Shown here in pieces: positions 34,333 to 36,798 of a DNA stretch of 36,798 nt (the first letter of the stretch is position 1; the number at the start of each line of letters is the position of its first letter). The stretch comes from Candidatus Iainarchaeum sp. (lineage in GTDB: Archaea > B1Sed10-29 > WALL01 > JAGHAM01). The stretch spans positions 1 through 36,798 of the forward strand of contig JAGHAM010000007.1 in the NCBI GenBank assembly GCA_021161465.1, given 5' to 3'. The notes beneath the pieces were generated by a model. It did no database searches and was not told the origin of the DNA. It saw nothing but the letters and a program-made list of their open reading frames with translations. Made by a program: the position numbers and the translations under genes.

Positions 34333-34827
34333 CTAGCCACCCACAGGTCTTGACTCCAAAATCTCTTCACTGGTCAGCCTTGCATCCTGGGCTTCCCTGC
34401 TTAATCTCCTAGCTTCTTTTAGATTTCCTCTCTTCCTGGCAATGGCAGCCTTTATAGCCAGTGCTATCCCTATAGCAAGGTAATTCTCAGCTGTCTTAAG
34501 TTCCAGTAGGTCATCCTGTATAAGTCTCCTGTCGCTTTCATCCCATTCTCCCATAACAAGCTCAAACTCATTTGATGCCCTCTCGCCCATGACAGCACTC
34601 AGCAGGATTAAATCCTCATCGAGGGTAGGCACTTCCAGACCAAGCTCTTTTACCTTGTCTTTAAAATGAGAGAACAGTTTGCGCTCTATGGCCTCCTCCA
34701 GCTTGCCAAGTATGAAATCATCCATCTCCTGGACTTTATTGTGCTGGTATAGCCTCCTCACATGAGAGTCTATAAGTTTATCCCTTTCTTCAGATGTAAG
34801 GATATTAAGAAATTTATCAGCTTTCAT
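34333..34827 (-). CDS. Hypothetical cytoplasmic protein (164 aa, predicted helical, ends in Gly-Gly)
   Basis: An ORF with no recognisable catalytic motif. It lies 5 nt downstream of the preceding gene, which suggests the same operon. Confidence 0.4.
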   Translation of the reverse strand: MKADKFLNILTSEERDKLIDSHVRRLYQHNKVQEMDDFILGKLEEAIERKLFSHFKDKVKELGLEVPTLDEDLILLSAVMGERASNEFELVMGEWDESDRRLIQDDLLELKTAENYLAIGIALAIKAAIARKRGNLKEARRLSREAQDARLTSEEILESRPVGG

Positions 34828-34832
34828 AAAAA

Positions 34833-35111
34833 TTAATCAAAGATGAATTCTTCCTCTTTCTCATCGGGCTTTTTCGACTCTTCCATTTTTGGCAACTCTT
34901 CCTGGTTTTCTTTCGCTTCCAGGAACTTTTCCTCCTTCGTAACCGCGTGTTCAAAAGCCTGCATTTCCTTCTCCTTGCGCGTCAGCCTGAGCAAAGCATA
35001 GAAGTAAGCATTCATCACCGTGTCAAGACCCATCTTTCTCCTCTCCTGGGCATCTGCTATCTGGGTGATGTAAAGCTCAACTATCTTAAAGGCAATCTCA
35101 TCCTTGTCCAT
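34833..35111 (-). CDS. Small (92 aa) hypothetical protein with a strongly acidic C-terminal tail ending FIFD
   Basis: Helical N-terminal about 50 aa, then a K/E-rich linker and a terminal ...KKPDEKEEEFIFD. It is the middle gene of a three-gene minus-strand cluster. Confidence 0.4.
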   Translation of the reverse strand: MDKDEIAFKIVELYITQIADAQERRKMGLDTVMNAYFYALLRLTRKEKEMQAFEHAVTKEEKFLEAKENQEELPKMEESKKPDEKEEEFIFD

Positions 35112-35160
35112 AATGACTATAACGCCCCCAAAACTTATAAATGTTTATGATAACACACTG

Positions 35161-35958
35161 TCAAAGGGAGTCCCCATACTGTTGGATTATCTGTAGCTCC
35201 TTAGTGGTCAACTTTTTGCCCTTCCTGAACCCCTCAAGTAGCTTCGCAGCTTCTTTTTCCATCTCTTCACGGATTTCAGTTTCGGTCTTGCCCTTAACCT
35301 CTTTGTACTTCTCCACGTATTTCTTCCTAGCCTTGAAAGCCTGTTCTCTAGCTTTAGTTATCTTTTCAGTAACTTCTTTGAAATCTGGCTCAAGTGCCTT
35401 TAGCTTGTCGTAGATTTCAACCATTTTTTGGTGGTAGAACTCGCTTTGTCTGGCGTGTTCAATCATAATCTCATGGAAAGCCTGGGCTTCCTTTCTCAGG
35501 TCATCCAGCTCCCTTCTTATCTTCTCCAGGCGCTTCCTCTTCTCCACGAACTCTTTGCTTGATTTGGTCATCTCCTCGAGTTCTTCAATATGCCTAACTA
35601 TCTTTTCCTCTTCCTTTACGCTGAATACCTCTGTCTGCAACTTCCACTCCAACCGCTCAAGTTGCTTTCTCGCCTGGTTAAATGGAACCCCAAGGTTCTT
35701 CTTCAAGTCTTTAATTCCATCCTGGATTAGGTTTACTTCCCGTATCTTCTCACGTATCCGCAGATTCACCATATCGCGCTTTTCCTTGAACTCCTTTACC
35801 TTGGCGTTTTCCTCGTCCCTCTTTTTCTTGTTCTCCCTAAGCTCCGCTCTCAGTTTTTTAACTCTAGACGTAGCTTCTCTAGCTTGCTTAGAAAGCATCC
35901 TTGCTTGGTCGCTCAGCTCGCTGTACTCTTCTTTTAGTTCTTTTAAATCAGTGACCAC
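35161..35958 (-). CDS. Uncharacterised archaeal coiled-coil protein (COG1340-like)
   Basis: 265 aa that are almost entirely K/E/R-rich heptad-like sequence, with no TM segment and no catalytic motif. Confidence 0.5.
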   Translation of the reverse strand: MVTDLKELKEEYSELSDQARMLSKQAREATSRVKKLRAELRENKKKRDEENAKVKEFKEKRDMVNLRIREKIREVNLIQDGIKDLKKNLGVPFNQARKQLERLEWKLQTEVFSVKEEEKIVRHIEELEEMTKSSKEFVEKRKRLEKIRRELDDLRKEAQAFHEIMIEHARQSEFYHQKMVEIYDKLKALEPDFKEVTEKITKAREQAFKARKKYVEKYKEVKGKTETEIREEMEKEAAKLLEGFRKGKKLTTKELQIIQQYGDSL

Positions 35959-36043
35959 GGGAAGGTTTTATGTGAAGCCTAGTATAAAAATAAAACGGTA
36001 GTGATATAAAAATCGGCTGCATTAACTATATGGGGGAGAGTAG
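35959..36043. promoter_or_regulatory. Divergent promoter region with TATA-like boxes and an SD for the downstream plus-strand gene
   Basis: AGTATAAAAATAAAA and GATATAAAAATCGG elements. TGGGGGAGAGTAG lies immediately before the ATG at 36044. Confidence 0.35.
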
Positions 36044-36490
36044 ATGAAGAAAGCCGTATTTAGCTTCTTGCTAGTTATTGGTTTCATACCTGCTATGCTA
36101 TACTCTGTCGAGCTCCACTCAAGCGCTGTCAGGGCTATAGTTACGGAGAAGACACTTCTTTTAGAACAGCAGGTTTTAACCAACAAAGAGAACATGCTTG
36201 AGGATACCTTCTGGAAATCCATAAGAACTGGTGGTGCCAGCGGCATCGCAGAATGGAAAAAGCACATGGAACAGCTAGGGATAACTGTGACTGCAGGGAT
36301 TGCAGAGCCTGGTGGCGTACCTAGCTATCAAACTTCTGGGCCTGTGGAAAGCTTGGTTGAGTTATCGCCAGACGGGAAGGCCATAGAGATAAAATCGGAA
36401 AACCCCTTCTCTGCTGTGATAGGCAAAATTCACGTGGGTAACTCTTCAACTGTTTTTATGATACCTGTGGGGTGTTACCATGGAATGTAA
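36044..36490 (+). CDS. Secreted or membrane-anchored protein with a hydrophobic N-terminus that is possibly prepilin-like
   Basis: N-terminus MKKAVFSFLLVIGFIPAMLYS, which has a possible KKA|VF prepilin-peptidase-type site. The remainder is Gly/Ser-rich. A GGGGGAG SD lies upstream. Confidence 0.45.
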   Translation: MKKAVFSFLLVIGFIPAMLYSVELHSSAVRAIVTEKTLLLEQQVLTNKENMLEDTFWKSIRTGGASGIAEWKKHMEQLGITVTAGIAEPGGVPSYQTSGPVESLVELSPDGKAIEIKSENPFSAVIGKIHVGNSSTVFMIPVGCYHGM

Positions 36491-36683
36491 AAGCCAGACA
36501 AGCTTAGAGGTGCTCCTGCTGCTGGCAGCCTTTATAGCATTTATTAGTGTGCTTCTACACGCGGAAACCCGTTTTAATGGAAGGCTTATAAGGAGGCACC
36601 ATGCACCCCATTGGAGTAATCCAGCTGCTGCTTTCGGGAAAAGCCGCGCCCAAGAAGCTAATTTCACCAGGTGGTTCAGGTGA
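36480..36683 (+). CDS. Small type-IV-pilin-like protein with a class III signal peptide
   Basis: N-terminus MECKSQTSLEVLLLLAAFIAFISVLL resembles archaeal prepilin N-termini (basic residue, then QTSLE, then a hydrophobic helix), although Ser rather than Gly/Ala sits at -1. A GGGGTG SD-like motif lies upstream. It overlaps the next ORF in another frame. Confidence 0.35.
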   Translation: MECKSQTSLEVLLLLAAFIAFISVLLHAETRFNGRLIRRHHAPHWSNPAAAFGKSRAQEANFTRWFR

Positions 36684-36786
36684 TGAAACTGGATGTGGGC
36701 ATTGCTGCTTTGCTTTCCCTAGTTATAATCCAGGTATCACTAGCAAGCATATGGTTGTCAGAATCGTCCACCGCCAGTATGATTGA
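36601..36786 (+). CDS. Small ORF (61 aa) preceded by a perfect AGGAGG. It overlaps the pilin-like ORF by 83 nt, and at most one of the two is likely to be genuine.
   Basis: AGGAGG at 36591-36596 is followed by a 4-nt spacer and the ATG at 36601. The product contains CGHCC. Confidence 0.2.
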   Translation: MHPIGVIQLLLSGKAAPKKLISPGGSGDETGCGHCCFAFPSYNPGITSKHMVVRIVHRQYD

Positions 36787-36798
36787 ATATGCACAGGA

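Noticed and set aside
34333-34827. C-terminal Gly-Gly on the 164-aa protein as evidence for a ubiquitin-like small archaeal modifier (SAMP)
   Set aside because: The protein is twice the size of SAMPs. Its C-terminal 70 aa look helical rather than beta-grasp. No E1-like (MoeB/UbaA) gene is adjacent. I treat the diglycine as coincidental.
1-36798. CRISPR arrays, tRNA/rRNA genes, insertion sequences or prophage/integrase remnants
   Set aside because: Every interval longer than about 125 nt is occupied by a supported protein gene. I found no regularly spaced direct repeats, no transposase or integrase-like ORFs and no tRNA-like cloverleaf signatures in the intergenic spacers. This rests on inspection by eye only, not on a computational scan.

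Overview
The window is a gene-dense archaeal chromosomal segment with about 36 protein genes on both strands, almost no non-coding space, and no tRNA, rRNA, CRISPR array, integrase or transposase that I can see. I call it archaeal because of its gene content: PCNA, RFC large subunit, RpoL, exosome Csl4, membrane-bound LonB, DUF99, DUF373, archaeal-type PheS/PheT, a THUMP-Trm11 methyltransferase, and genes with class-III (prepilin-like) signal peptides. The expression signals point the same way. AT-rich TATA-like boxes sit about 25-30 nt upstream of many start codons, which suggests leaderless mRNAs. Operon-internal genes instead carry Shine-Dalgarno-like GGGGGAT or AGGAGG motifs, with frequent 4-nt ATGA stop/start overlaps. 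Most genes are housekeeping: argF, folC, pheST, rnz, lonB, tldD/tldE, pcn, rfcL. The parts I think deserve a second look are listed here. (1) A riboflavin salvage module with a fused HTH-riboflavin-kinase (RbkR-type), an ECF transporter and a 169-nt palindromic upstream region. (2) A 901-aa cell-surface protein with a prepilin-like N-terminus, a 7-blade FG-GAP propeller and dockerin-type calcium-binding repeats. (3) A translationally coupled tldD-tldE-MFS operon. (4) A 570-aa radical-SAM enzyme with two N-terminal Cys3His ribbons and two CxxxCxxC motifs, which may be a tetraether-lipid-synthase-like enzyme. (5) An uncharacterised three-gene operon: a COG1340-like coiled-coil protein, a small protein with a ribosomal-stalk-like acidic FIFD tail, and a 164-aa helical protein. 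(6) A cluster of small pilin-like genes at the 3' edge of the window. All functional calls come from motif and architecture recognition by eye. No database search was run.
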